From Eledone cirrhosa (taxonomy: Eukaryota), in NCBI GenBank assembly GCA_964016885.1, contig OZ024741.1, positions 274,350,001 through 274,414,000 of the forward strand: a stretch of 64,000 nucleotides of DNA. Direction: 5' to 3'. Of the stretch, positions 1 to 15,204 are shown in pieces. Made by a program: the position numbers and the translations under genes. Under the pieces are notes generated by a model. The model saw only the letters and a list, made by a program, of their open reading frames with translations, had not been told where the DNA came from and searched no databases. The stretch's first letter is position 1. The number at the start of each line of letters is the position of its first letter.

Positions 1-3000
1 CTACCATAGTTTTGTGACCATCAATTTGTTGACGGAATCTGTGTGGAAGCCTTTTGGTGGAATACTCTTCTACCATAGTTTTGTGACCATCACTTTGTTG
101 ACGGAATCTGTGTAGAAGCCTTTTGGTGGAATACTCTTCTAACATAGTTTTGTGACCATCACTTGTTTGACGGAATCTGTGTGGAAGCCTTTTGGTGGAA
201 TACTCTTCTACCATAGTTTTGTGACCATCACTTGTTTGACGGAATCTGTGTGGAAGCCTTTTGGTGGAAAACTCTTCTACCATAATTTTGTGACCATCAC
301 TTGTTTGACGGAATCTGTGTGGAAGCCTTTTGGTGGAATACTCTTCTACCATAGTTTTGTGACCATCACTTTGTTGATGGAATCTGTGTGGAAGCCTTTT
401 GGTGGAATACTCTTCTACCATAGTTTTGTGACCATCACTTGTTTGACGGAATCTGTGTGGAAGCCTTTTGGTGGAATACTCTTCTACCATAGTTTTGTGA
501 CCATCACTTGTTTGACGGAATCTGTGTGGAAGCCTTTTGGTGGAATACTCTTCTACCATAGTTTTGTGACCATCACTTGTTTGACGGAATCTGTGTGGAA
601 GCCTTTTGGTGGAATACTCTTCTACCATAGTTTTGTGACCATCACTTTGTTGACGGAATCTGTGTGGAAGCCTTTTGGTGGAATACTCTTCTACCATAGT
701 TTTGTGACCATCACTTGTTTGACGGAATCTGTGTGGAAGCCTTTTGGTGGAATACTCTTCTACCATAGTTTTGTGACCATCACTTTGTTGACGGAATCTG
801 TGTGGAAGCCTTTTGGTGGAATACTCTTCTACCATAGTTTTGTGACCATCACTTTGTTGACGGAATCTGTGTAGAAGCCTTTTGGTTCGAATACTCTTCT
901 AACATAGTTTTGTGACCATCACTTGTTTGACGGAATCTGTGTGGAAGCCTTTTGGTGGAATACTCTTCTACCATAGTTTTGTGACCATCACTTGTTTGAC
1001 GGAATCTGTGTGGAAGCCTTTTGGTGGAATACTCTTCTACCATAGTTTTGTGACCATCACTTGTTTGACGGAATCTGTGTGGAAGCCTTTTGGTGGAATA
1101 CTCTTCTACCATAGTTTTGTGACCATCACTTGTTTGACGGAATCTGTGTGGAAGCCTTTTGGTGGAATACTCTTCTACCATAGTTTTGTGACCATCACTT
1201 GTTTGACGGAATCTGTGTGGAAGCCTTTTGGTGGAATACTCTTCTACCATAGTTTTGTGACCATCACTTGTTTGACGGAATCTGTGTGGAAGCCTTTTGG
1301 TGGAATACTCTTCTACCATAGCTTTGTGACCATCACTTGTTTGACGGAATCTGTGTGGAAGCCTTTTGGTGGAATACTCTTCTACCATAGTTTTGTGACC
1401 ATCACTTGTTTGACGGAATCTGTGTGGAAGCCTTTTGGTGGAATACTCTTCTACCATAGTTTTGTGACCATCACTTTGTTGACGGAATCTGTGTGGAAGC
1501 CTTTTGGTGGAATACTCTTCTACCATAGTTTTGTGACCATCACTTTGTTGACGGAATCTGTGTAGAAGCCTTTTGGTGGAATACTCTTCTAACATAGTTT
1601 TGTGACCATCACTTGTTTGACTGAATCTGTGTGGAAGCCTTTTGGTGGAATACTCTTCTACCATAGTTTTGTGACCATCACTTGTTTGACGGAATCTGTG
1701 TGGAAGCCTTTTGGTGGAAAACTCTTCTACCATAGTTTTGTGACCATCACTTGTTTGACGGAATCTGTGTGGAAGCCTTTTGGTGGAATACTCTTCTACC
1801 ATAGTTTTGTGACCATCACTTTGTTGACGGAATCTGTGTGGAAGCTTTTTCGTGGAATACTCTTCTACCATAGTTTTGTGACCATCACTTGTTTGACGGA
1901 ATCTGTGTGGAAGCCTTTTGGTGGAATACTCTTCTACCATAGTTTTGTGACCATCACTTGTTTGACGGAATCTGTGTGGAAGCCTTTTGGTGGAATACTC
2001 TTCTACCATAGTTTTGTGACCATCACTTGTTTGACGGAATCTGTGTGGAAGCCTTTTGGTGGAATACTCTTCTACCATAGTTTTGTGACCATCACTTTGT
2101 TGACGGAATCTGTGTGGAAGCCTTTTGGTGGAATACTCTTCTACCATAGTTTTGTGACCATCACTTTGTTGACGGAATCTGTGTGGAAGCCTTTTGGTGG
2201 AATACTCTTCTACCATAGTTTTGTGACCATCACTTGTTTGACGGAATCTGTGTGGAAGCCTTTTGGTGGAATACTCTTCTACCATAGTTTTGTGACCATC
2301 ACTTGTTTGACGGAATCTGTGTGGAAGCCTTTTGGTGGAATACTCTTCTACCATAGTTTTGTGACCATCACTTTGTTGACGGAATCTGTGTGGAAGCCTT
2401 TTGGTGGAATACTCTTCTACCATAGTTTTGTGACCATCACTTGTTTGACGGAATCTGTGTGGAAGCCTTTTGGTGGAATACTCTTCTACCATAGTTTTGT
2501 GACCATCACTTTGTTGACGGAATCTGTGTGGAAGCCTTTTGGTGGAATACTCTTCTACCATAGTTTTGTGACCATCACTTTGTTGACGGAATCTGTGTAG
2601 AAGCCTTTTGGTGGAATACTCTTCTACCATAGTTTTGTGACCATCACTTTGTTGACGGAATCTGTGTAGAAGCCTTTTGGTGGAATACTCTTCTACCATA
2701 GTTTTGTGACCATCACTTGTTTGACGGAATCTGTGTGGAAACCTTTTGGTGGAATACTCTTCTACCATAGTTTTGTGACCATCACTTGTTTGACGGAATC
2801 TGTGTGGAAGCCTTTTGGTGGAATACTCTTCTACCATAGTTTTGTGACCATCACTTTGTTGACGGAATCTGTGTGGAAGCCTTTTGGTGGAATACTCTTC
2901 TACCATAGTTTTGTGACCATCACTTTGTTGACGGAATCTGTGTAGAAGCCTTTTGGTGGAATACTCTTCTACCATAGTTTTGTGACCATCACTTGTTTGA

Positions 3001-3708
3001 CGGAATCTGTGTGGAAGCCTTTTGGTGGAATACTCTTCTACCATAGTTTTGTGACCATCACTTTGTTGACGGAATCTGTGTAGAAGCCTTTTGGTGGAAT
3101 ACTCTTCTACCATAGTTTTGTGACCATCACTTTGTTGACGGAATCTGTGTGGAAGCCTTTTGGTGGAATACTCTTCTACCATAGTTTTGTGACCATCACT
3201 TTGTTGACGGAATCTGTGTGGAAGCCTTTTGGTGGAATACTCTTCTACCATAGTTTTGTGACCATCACTTTGTTGACAGAATCTGTGTGGAAGCCTTTTG
3301 CTGGAATACTCTTCTACCATAGTTTCGTGACCATCACTTTGTTGACGGAATCTGTGTGGAAGCCTTTTGCTGGAATACTCTTCTACCATAGTTTTGTGAC
3401 CATCACTTTGTTGACGGAATCTGTGTGGAAGCCTTTTGGTGAAATACTCTTCTACCATAGTTTTGTGACCATCACTTTGTTGACGGAATCTGTGTGGAAG
3501 CCTTTTGGTGGAATACTCTTCTACCACAATTTTGTAAGCATCACTTTGTTGACGGAATCTGTGTGGAAGCCTTTTGGTGGAATACTCTTCTACCACAATT
3601 TTGTAAGCATCACTTTGTTGACGGAATCTGTGTGGAAGCCTTTTGGTGGAATACTCTTCTACCACAATCTTGTAAGCATGACTTTGTTGACGGAATCTGT
3701 GTAGAAGC
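1..3708. repeat. 69-bp tandem satellite, ~53 units in window, continues off left edge
   Basis: Unit GTGACCATCACTTGTTTGACGGAATCTGTGTGGAAGCCTTTTGGTGGAATACTCTTCTACCATAGTTTT; two main variants (CTTGTTT/CTTTGTT); 23-aa periodic ORFs on both strands; last 3 units diverge (CCACAAT..GTAAGCAT). Confidence 0.98.
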
Positions 3709-4165
3709 CTGTGGATGAGATTCTTCCAGTTTCATACTGTAGTGTCCACTTTCTTGCAAGTATAAAGGCCAATTCTCTAGACCACGTTTTTCCCACTGTT
3801 ATCTGTCATCTGGTTCCTCCAGTAAAGGGCCACTATGCACTTCCATCTTTCTCTGCATCCGGCAAGGGTTGGTGCTTGAATGCTTGAAACCTGCGTCTGC
3901 GACACCTGCACAGGTAATGTTTTAATTTGTATTTCTAGGTTTGCTTCGGCCTAATCTTTGGTCTTTACCAACCAGCTGGCAACCATGACATGCCAGTCTA
4001 CCATTACTACCACTACTTTCAATAACACCACCACTACAACCATCACAATGGTGGTGAATGGTAGAAGAGAGGTGAGAGGGAGGTGAAGTGGGAGGGAGAG
4101 TGGGAGTAGGTGAAGCGTGAGGGAGAGTGGTAGTAGGTGAAAGCAGGAGGGACGAAGTGTGTGTT

Positions 4166-4364
4166 AGAAGAAGAAGAAGAAGAAGAAGAAGAAGAAGAAG
4201 AAGAAGAAGAAGAAGAAGAAGAAGAAGAAGAAGAAGAAGAAGAAGAAGAAGAAGAAGAAGAAGAAGAAGAAGAAGAAGAAGAAGAAGAAGAAGAAGAAGA
4301 AGAAGAAGAAGAAGAAGAATCTATTGCATTGATTCCTTATGGTAAAATGCGACGAAAGTGACTG

Positions 4365-4443
<79 letters not shown>

Positions 4444-4544
4444 GGGTGAGAAAAAGAGAGAGGGGGAAGTGGGAGAGAGAGAGAGTGATGAATTGAGTGA
4501 GGGGAAACAGAGTATAACAGAAAGAAAAATATGAGAAGAGATAA

Positions 4545-4620
<76 letters not shown>
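4166..4620. repeat. Microsatellite cluster (GAA)n, (GA)n, (GATA)n
   Basis: Pure tracts at ~4166-4319, ~4368-4441, ~4545-4620. Confidence 0.97.
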
Positions 4621-4621
<1 letters not shown>

Positions 4622-4699
4622 ACGAGAGAGGGAGGGAGAGAGAGATGAGGCGATGGTGACAGATGAGTGTTAAAACAAGAAACTAAACAAACATTTGCA

Positions 4700-5104
4700 A
4701 TGTAGTGGTGGTTGTGGGGTTGGTGGGTTTTGTAATGTTGGTATAAATGGTGGTGGTGGTGGTAATGGTAGTGGTGGTGCAGGTGTTAGTGGTGGTAATG
4801 GTGGTGGCAGTGGTGATGGTGGTGGTGGTGGTTTTGGAGGTAGTGGTAATGGTGGTGGTGGTGGTGATGTTGGTGGTGGTTGTGGTGGTGCTGGTGGTAA
4901 TTGTGGTGGCAGTGGTTGGTGGTGGTGGTGGTGGTGGTAGTGGTGGTGGTAATGGTAGTGATGTTGTTGGTGGTCGTGGTGGTTTTGGAGGAGAAAAAGT
5001 TAATTGGAATTATATCGATTCATCATTGAACATCTTCAGCATCTAATTCTGTGCTCTCTGTTCCTAACACACACACAAACACACATACACACACACACCC
5101 ACAT

Positions 5105-5149
<45 letters not shown>

Positions 5150-5170
5150 AATATATACATATACATACAG

Positions 5171-5202
<32 letters not shown>

Positions 5203-5287
5203 CGCGTATATATATATGTGTGTGTATATGTATATATACATATGTATATATATCTATATATAGATATTTGTATATATATACATATAC

Positions 5288-5361
<74 letters not shown>

Positions 5362-5720
5362 TTATATTTATATACATATATATATATATATACATATATA
5401 TATACATATATATATTATGTAACACTTGACTAATATAACATTATACAGTGTGTGTATGTGTGTATGGGTGTGAATGTCTGTTTCTGTATGTGTGTATATG
5501 TGTGTGAATGTGTGTCTATGTGTGTGTATGTGTGTGTATGTGTCTGTATATGTGTGTATGTGTGTGAATGTGTGTATATGTGTGTATATGTGTGTGCATG
5601 TGTGTGTATGTGTCTGCATGTGTGAGTATGTGTGTGAATGTATGTGTGTGTATGTGTGTGTGTGTGTGAATGTGTGAATGTATGTGTGTGTATGTGTGAG
5701 TATGTGTGAGTATGTGTGTG
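4700..5720. repeat. (GGT)n-rich then (CA)n/(TA)n/(GT)n low-complexity sequence
   Basis: Direct reading; explains poly-G/V and YI ORFs. Confidence 0.95.
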
Positions 5721-6691
5721 TTTCTCTGTTCAATAAATTTTTTGCTGTTTAATCATTTCTTGTGTTTATTCACCCTCATCCCCTACCCACCACACTCTTT
5801 CACCCTCTCTAAATCTTAGTCCTCCTCTCTCTCACACACATTCTTTCTCTCTCTCCTACTCCCTCCTATCTCCGTCTCTCTCTGCCTCTCTCTCTCTCTA
5901 TCTCTCTCTCTGCGTGTAAATGTCTTTCTTTCTTTTCATTCTTAATTCCTTACTTAAGACTTTATTTAACGAAGCTGGCAAGTCAGATTAAAACCTTTAG
6001 ACCGCCATCACAACAAGATAAGACCACTTCATCAGGCGTTTTCTGTTATTTTAATGGCTTAATCAGAGGGTGAAAGGCAACGCCCATGACCCTTTTCAGG
6101 GCTTCTGTGACAGCTGGAAGGAAGGAATGGAAGAATGGAGGAAAAAGGAAGGAAGCTATCTTCAGCCCTTAAACCTTGCAATGAAGTGTACAGCAAAGGG
6201 TCAAATGTCCTTAAACTGGGAAACATATTAAGTCTAGTCTACCAATATCCTTGTGACCCACACTGCTCATTACCTCCGTAAAACTGGAAAGATGGTGGCC
6301 CGCTTGAGGAAGGAGGGAGCCCCGTGAGTTGGGGTGGGTGGCTGTTTCTGCAGGTGTCTCAGGCCATTCTCTGCAGTAACGCCTTTGTCATTTTGTGACC
6401 AGGGTGTAATATCTATCCTTCACACACTCCCTCTCTTTCGTGGCATGATCCTGTTTTTCTATTTCTTCTTTTCATTTTCTTTTTTTCTTGTTATTATTTT
6501 GTCCCCTTTTATTGTTGTTATTTGTTTTCATTCTGTTATTTCCAGGAGTAGTCCTGCTCCTGGGTTATTTGTCATTCACAAGGCTTTGCTTGATACGAGG
6601 TTATGGTAGAAGATGCTTACCCAAAGTACCGACTACCTCAGTCAATTTACATATGTATGTATTGTTATTGTTACATTTTTAAATGTGATTC

Positions 6692-6900
6692 TTTCTTCTT
6701 CTTCTTCTTCTTCTTCTTCTTCTTCTTCTTCTTCCTCGCCTTTTTCTTCTCTTTTTTTCTTCCCTTCTCCTCCTTCTTCTTCTTCTTCTTCTTCTTCTTC
6801 TTCTTCTTCTTCTTCTTCTTCTTCCTCCTCCTTCTTCTTCTTCCTTCTCCTCCTCCTCCTCATTCTTCTTCTTCTTCTTCTTCTTCTTCTTCTTCTTCTT
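6692..6900. repeat. (TTC)n microsatellite
   Basis: Interrupted TTC/TCC tract. Confidence 0.95.
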
Positions 6901-6907
6901 CGACCAC

Positions 6908-7042
6908 TTATTCCTGGGAGGACCGTAGAGACAGAGTTCTCAAGTACTTATTCCAGTCGGTTCTGTCAAAGCAACCGCCCCATCTGTGATTTTGTGTTTT
7001 CAAATCCGAACGATATTTTCTTTTATTTTTCAAATGAGAATT
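6908..7042 (-). other. Candidate terminal exon (NSHLKNKRKYRSDLKTQNHRWGGCFDRTDWNKYLRTLSLRSSQE*)
   Basis: Unique island preceded on the minus strand by the pyrimidine-rich acceptor CTTCTTCTGTCTTTCGCTAG; phase-0 frame open for 44 codons to TAA. No recognisable homology. Confidence 0.25.
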
Positions 7043-7141
7043 CTAGCGAAAGACAGAAGAAGCGTTAACATACATTCAGGGCCTCTTAAATTCTACACTA
7101 ACATGCCGGAAAACAAAGTAATATATATAGTAAAAAAAGAA

Positions 7142-7366
7142 GGTGGTAGATTGGTAGAATTGGTAGAGCATCAGATAAAATGCCCTTGCAATATTTGCAG
7201 TACTTGTTCTTGCTCTTTACAATCTGAGTTCAAGTCCCTTCAAGGTCTATTTTGCCTTTCATCCTGCAGGGATTGATTTAAATTAAATACCACTCAAGTA
7301 CTTGGATATGTCTAATAAAATTTTCCCTTCTCCAAATTTGCTGGTCTTGGGCCTAAATTAGAAATT
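7142..7366 (+). mobile_element. Diverged tRNA-derived SINE with Deu/Nin-like core
   Basis: A-box-like TGGTAGAATTGG, B-box-like GAGTTCAAGTCC, core TTTGCCTTTCATCCTGCAGGG..GAT; matches the reverse complement of the copies at 16.5, 19.1 and 20.5 kb. Confidence 0.75.
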
Positions 7367-7408
<42 letters not shown>

Positions 7409-7412
<4 letters not shown>

Positions 7413-7466
7413 GTTTTTAATTAAGCATACGGTATATTGCCAAATATACTATATACTATACGTACA

Positions 7467-7554
<88 letters not shown>

Positions 7555-8407
7555 TGTACGTATAGTTGCTTAATTAAAAACATTTTGAAGACCATAGGCT
7601 ATCAGTTTTAAAGTAGTGACTATGTCACTTACTTCTTTTCCTCGGCAAAAGAAGGGAGAACAGCTAACAAAGTGTCTGTTGGCGATCATCAGAGCAACGT
7701 ACTTCCCTGCTTCCGGCGAAGATTATAGAAGCTGGATTCTTATAGAATTCCAGTAATAATCGGAAGTTGATTATACAGAGCGATTGCCGGTCCAGCAAAA
7801 ATGAGGTATTAGGATTGGTGCTCTGAAATAGCGATGTATACATGAATGTATGTATAGTATATTTGGCAATATACCGTATGCTTGATTAAAAACATTTTGA
7901 ATCGCCAACAGCATGAGACAGACAGTTTGTTAGCTTCTCTCCCTTCTTTGGCCGAAGAAAATAAGTAAGTGACATAGTCACTACTTTAAAACTGATAGCG
8001 TATGGTCTTCAAACTATTTTTAATTAAACATACGGTATATTTCCAAATATACTATACATACATTCATGTATAACATCGCTATTTCAGAGCACAAATCCTA
8101 ATACCATATATATATATATATATTAGTATTGGTGGTCTGAAATAGCGATGCATATATGAATGTATGTATAGTATATTTGATAATATACTATATGTTTAAT
8201 TAAATACCTTTTGAAGACATTCGCTATGAAATTTAAAGTAGTCACTATGTCACTTACTTATTCTCGGCAAAAACAAAGTCCCGCCCCCTTTATGATTTTG
8301 CCGAGAATAAGTAAGTAACATAGTCACTACTTTAAATTTCATAGCGAATGGTCTTCAAAATGTTTTTAATTAAACATATAGTATATTATCAAATATACTA
8401 TACATAC

Positions 8408-8410
<3 letters not shown>
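7409..8410. mobile_element. Cluster of PLE terminal fold-back fragments, family A, in (TA)n
   Basis: Inverted arms 7805-7900/8010-8105 and ~8155-8272/8296-8410; shared end GCTATTTCAGAGCAC(C)AATCCTAATACC; broken hammerhead copies at ~7660-7697 (minus, GAAA deleted) and ~7900-7937 (GAGA); same family at 23865-24122. Confidence 0.75.
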
Positions 8411-8451
<41 letters not shown>

Positions 8452-8504
8452 AGAAAAAATGAAACGAAATTTCATTTCTCACTATTAGTACGGCTGTTAC
8501 TTAA

Positions 8505-9030
8505 ATATAAGTATGTATACGTATGTATAAGTATGTATACAGACGTACAGTAGTATGTATATATATATATATATACATACAAGTACACATATATATATGT
8601 ACGTATGGATTTACCGAACATTTATTATAATGCTCGGTGTGTTTGTAAATATTTTTTCCGTTTATCGTTTTCAGTGCGCCCGGCCGATTAACTCACTCGA
8701 TATGCAAATTAGGCTGCTCAGCCGTTAATATGCATAAGGAAAGTATATACTTTCAGACGTTCAATCATCTGGCAGTAAGGTATACGGTGCTGACGATAGC
8801 TAATAAGCTTGAAACTAGTACATCGTTCCTTTGTCAGTGTTGAACAAAAGGGCAACGATGGTTGCTAAACACTGTACGGCTTAATTCGGGATGTTTGTTT
8901 ACAAACGTACCGAGCATTATAATAAATGTTCGGTAAATCCATACGTACATATATATATGTGTACATGTATGTATATACATACTACTGTACGTCTGTATAC
9001 ATATATGTATGTACGCATACATACTTATAA
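8505..9030 (+). mobile_element. PLE fragment with inverted terminal copy (fold-back) enclosing a hammerhead
   Basis: Arms ~8505-8650 and ~8896-9030 are reverse complements (GGATTTACCGAACATTTATTATAATGCTCGG / CCGAGCATTATAATAAATGTTCGGTAAATCC); hammerhead in the spacer. Confidence 0.75.
8785..8825 (+). ncRNA. Minimal type I hammerhead ribozyme
   Basis: CGGTG-CTGACGA-T-AGCT-AATA-AGCT-T-GAA-ACTAGT-A/CATCG: stem I CGGTG:CATCG, 4-bp stem II, palindromic stem III ACTAGT, GUA site. Confidence 0.85.
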
Positions 9031-9094
9031 ATATATATATATATATATATATATTTATAAGTATGTATACGTACATACATATATGTATACAGAC

Positions 9095-9153
<59 letters not shown>

Positions 9154-9155
<2 letters not shown>

Positions 9156-9205
9156 AAACTAGTCAGGACCCTGACGGCTGAGCTCCAGCCGTTTCGACAG
9201 CTAGA
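9154..9205 (-). mobile_element. PLE family B variant, 3' half of hammerhead
   Basis: Minus strand TAGCTGTC-GAA-ACGGCT-GGAGCTC-AGCCGT-C/AGGGTC; similar to the copies at 55.2, 56.2 and 61.0 kb; abuts (TA)n. Confidence 0.7.
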
Positions 9206-10234
9206 TCCGAACGCTTCGGTGTTGTGTTTTGGACAATGAAACAGTTCTTTAAGGAAGATATGAATTTTTCCACCTTTCAAATATGTATATTTCCTGAATA
9301 TTATTTCGATTGTGTTCAAAATATTATGTTTCTCAAACGATATATGGCTCTCTCTCTCTCTCTGTATGTATGTATGTGTATATATATATACACATACATG
9401 CATACATACACACATACATACATACATACATACATACATACATACATACATACATACATACAAGCGCAGCTCCCTAATTCATAGTCTACAAATGGCTGCG
9501 ATAGCTGGCACCTTCAAAATATGCAAAACATTCTTGCGATTCAAGGGATGACAATTTCTTTTCTTTTACAACCTTGCCACCAGGAAGGTGGCCGGTCAAA
9601 AAAATATACTCGAAATTAAGAGAAAGAGAAAACATACATACATACATACATATATATATATTTATGTATGTATGTATGTATCTATCTATGTATGTATGTG
9701 TGTATGTATGCATGTATGTATGTATATATATATATAAATATATATATATATGTATATATATGTATATATGAACAGAACGATTAAAGATTTGTCGGGCAGT
9801 TATTATCACCCATGTATCTCTCGTCCATTCTTTAATCATTATGTTTTCTTTCTCTTTCTGCCTTCCCAGAATGCTATTCTAACGCTTCTCCTTTTCTGGC
9901 CTACTGTTCATGTCTTAACATCGCTAGTATTTTTTCTTCCTATTCTATGTCATAAGGGTTCAAAGCTCAAATATATATTATACACATCTATAAAGTACTT
10001 ACATAATGCTATCTACACTAATATATTTCCTTTATAACTTTAGATGCTACCGTTGATACTGGTTTACACGCGTGTATTTATGTACAACAGTATTTACATG
10101 CATCAACGTACACCCATAGTTAACTTTGCACCTGTCTACACTTCTGCATTGCTGGTATCTGGTCCAGGTAAAAAGCATTCATTAAGAATCATTAGAACAT
10201 CTGACAGATAAAATGACAAGCCAGTCTATCATAT

Positions 10235-10560
10235 TGGTGGCCTCCCCACAGCCCCGGCGGACAGAATGGAGAAGGCGTTTCTCCGGGGCAAGGGAAACGC
10301 GCTGGAAAAGTCATATCAGCTCGCGAGGTTCACACCTGCGGCTGGCCAGCTCAGCGCCGATGGTGGTGAGTAGCGAGGTAACCCTAGGGCCGAGGACACC
10401 AGAAGTCTCCACTGCCAAGGGTACAACCGCAAACCTGTTGGAGAGCGACCGGTATTTGAAGAGTTTGGCCTCCTCAGCCCGACGTGCAGCAGAACCTGAG
10501 TTAGTCGCAGACTGCACCAAGTTGCGGCTGCGCACTCCATGTTACAGAGTTTTCCCACCG
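10235..10560 (-). mobile_element. CRE-clade non-LTR retrotransposon 3' fragment (restriction-like endonuclease C-terminus), decayed
   Basis: SATNSGSAARRAEEAKLFKYRSLSNRFAVVPLAVETSGVLGP...EPRELI*LFQRVSLA/RNAFSILS matches the CRE RLE pattern AE..K..KY...P.AVET.G...LFQR.S.A..RGNA. Confidence 0.85.
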
Positions 10561-11013
10561 GCACACAAGTACACATTTTAGAAAAAAAATCTATGGGCTT
10601 TGTTCACATTGCTTCTATTTGCAACAGCAGTCTGTTCGTTATATATAATTTTGGTAGGTAGTCTTGGATCTTGAATAATCGTCCCCAACCCCGCTTATTA
10701 ATTTTGCAGATTTTTTCCACCCTCACACCACCCCAAACCTCGCGTGTTAAATTTTGCTAATCTATATCCGGCGAAACTTTATTTTAAGTGGTTGCATTCC
10801 TGCAACAATTAAATTAATCTTTTTTAGACATTAAAAAACATTATACATAACCAAAAAATTACATTACTAGAAATCCCATACCTTATCAAATACATAGAAT
10901 GTGTTAAGTTCATAATATGTAAATTTAACGACTAAATTTGGTTTTAAAAAAATCAAAGGAAACAACCTAGAAAAATTACCGATTTTCCAACCCTACCACT
11001 TATTACACACACA

Positions 11014-11087
<74 letters not shown>

Positions 11088-11108
11088 TTTGGAGAGACAC
11101 GAGAGTAC

Positions 11109-11370
11109 CTTGTGCGCTTGACATTGTATTGCCTCATTTTGTCAAAAGACTCGTGTATTTTGCATATGCGTTCCTTGGCTACATGCTTCAAAGTTACTGT
11201 TTCAGCAGTACCTCTGACACACCGTATACATCGAAACCGGGTTGTTACGTAACTTATTGTTATTGAATGGTGCTGTAACCTACAGTGGGTGGTTGAAGAG
11301 AAGCGAACAATGTTTTCCGTGTTTCTCCGTTTCTTACGTGGTTTTCTGCTCGTGGTTCTCATTTTGCTGG
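11109..11370 (-). other. Candidate internal exon (SKMRTTSRKPRKKRRNTENIVRFSSTTHCRLQHHSITISY...YNVKRT)
   Basis: Unique 262-nt island between (CA)n tracts; branch-like CTAAT plus acceptor TTTTCTATCATTAACAG, donor CAAG/GTACTC; only one frame open (phase 1 in, phase 2 out). Product unrecognised. Confidence 0.3.
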
Positions 11371-11402
11371 CTGTTAATGATAGAAAACGCTCACAGATTA
11401 GC

Positions 11403-13060
<1,658 letters not shown>

Positions 13061-13199
13061 GTGTACATAGTCATATTGCAGTGGGAGTGCGTGTGTCGTT
13101 TTTTTTTTAACAATCTTATCTTAATAAAGGGTGACTGTGTTGGGTTTGAAACACAACATCCTGTTGTTAATGGGGGGTGGGGCTGATAGGGTGACAACA

Positions 13200-14890
13200 T
13201 TTCCACCACCACCACCATCACCATCACAAGCACCGTTACCGCCACCACAAGCACTATTACTGCCACCACCATCACCACCACTACCACCACCATCGCACCA
13301 CCACCCTTCCCATCACCATCACAAGCACCCTTACCGCCACCACCATCACCACCACTACCACCACCACCATCGCACAACCAACATCGCACCACCACCATTA
13401 CCATCACCATCGCACCACCACCATCACCACCACCACCACCACCATTCACCACCACCCTTACCATCACCATCACAAGCACCCTTACCGTCACCACCCATCA
13501 ACACCACTACCACCACCACCATCGCACCACCACCATTACCATCACCATCGCACCACCACCATCACCACCACTACCACCACCATCGCACCACCACCCTTAC
13601 CATCACCATCACAAGCACCCTTACCGTCACCACCCATCAACACAACTACCACCACCACCATCGCACCACCACCGTCGCACCACCACCATCGCACCACCAC
13701 CATCGCACCACCACCATCGCACCATCACCATCGCAAGCACCGTTACCGCCACTACAACCACCATTACCACCACCACCATTACCATACCATCACAAGCACC
13801 ATTACCACCACCATCACCATCACCACCACTACCACCATCATAACCACCGTCACCACCATCACCATCGCAACCACCACCACCACAACCCTCACCTCCACAC
13901 CATTATCATCACCACCATCACCACAATCACCACCATCGCAAGCACCATTACCACCACCACCATCGCAACCATCACCACCACCATACCCATTAGAAGCACC
14001 GTTACCGCCACCATCACCACCATCGCAACCACCATCACCACCATCACCATCGCCACAACCACCACCACCGCCACAACCTTCACCTCCACACCATTATCAT
14101 CACCACCATTACCACCACTACCACCCCCACCATCACCACCACCATACCCATTAGAAGCACCGTTACCGCCACTACCCCCACCATCGCAACCACCATCACC
14201 ACCACTATCTCCTCAACTACTACCACTATCACCACCATTACCACCACTACCACCCCCACCATCACCACCACCATCACCACCACTATCTCCTCTACTACTA
14301 CCACTATCACCACCATTACCACCACTACCACTCCCACCATCGCAACCACCATCACCACCACTATCTCCTCTACTACTACCACTATCACCACCATTACCAC
14401 CACTACCACCCCCACCATCGCAACCACCATCACCACCACTATCTCCTCTACTACTACCACTATCACCACCATTACCACCACTACCACTCCCACCATCGCA
14501 ACCACCATCACCACCACTATCTCCTCTACTACTACCACTACCACCACCCTTACCACCACTACCACCCCCACCATCGCAACCACCATCACCACCACTATCT
14601 CCTCTACTACTACCACCACCACCATCGCAACCACCATCACCACCACTATCTCCTCTACTACTACCACTATCACCACCATTACCACCATCATCACCATCAC
14701 AACAACAGCAATGACAACAATAGCAACAACGACAACAACAAAACGACAACAACAACAACAACAACAACAAAAACGACCACGACAACAACAACAAAAAAAA
14801 ACGACCACAACAACAACAACAAAAACGACCACAACAACAACAACATCAAAAACGACCACATCAACAACAACAGCAACAACAAAAACGACC

Positions 14891-14970
<80 letters not shown>

Positions 14971-14992
14971 AACAACAACAAAAACGACAACG

Positions 14993-15026
<34 letters not shown>

Positions 15027-15060
15027 CTGAAAAGACCACAACAGCAACAACAACAACAAC
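13200..15060. repeat. (CAC)n-derived low complexity with a 78-bp minisatellite (~14170-14700), then (CAA)n
   Basis: CTATCTCC marker recurs every 78 bp (14205, 14283, ...). Confidence 0.9.
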
Positions 15061-15204
15061 GGTAATAGTAACGTTAACAACAGCAAGATGGATGACTGCT
15101 TGGCAACAAGAGTAACGGCAATAACAACACTAGCAACAGCAACATTAGCAACAGCAAGATGGCGGTTTAACAACAACATTGACAATAGCAACATGTTGAC
15201 TTGC

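Noticed and set aside
1-3708. Plus-strand TITCLTESVWKPFGGILFYHSFV repeat protein, or a CRISPR array
   Set aside because: Frame repeatedly stopped by TGG>TAG; no spacers.
7805-8410. Fold-back inserts as classical MITEs
   Set aside because: Arms are variable-length and asymmetric, and several enclose hammerheads, which fits PLE inverted ends better; not fully excluded for copies lacking a ribozyme.
10660-11005. Possible DNA-transposon terminus (GAATAATCGTCCCCAACCCGCTTATTAATTTT)
   Set aside because: No matching inverted end or TSD found nearby.
13131-14714. 527-aa Pro/His/Thr-rich extensin- or mucin-like ORF
   Set aside because: Translation of a CAC-derived microsatellite that drifts between P, H and T registers; no signal peptide or splice support.
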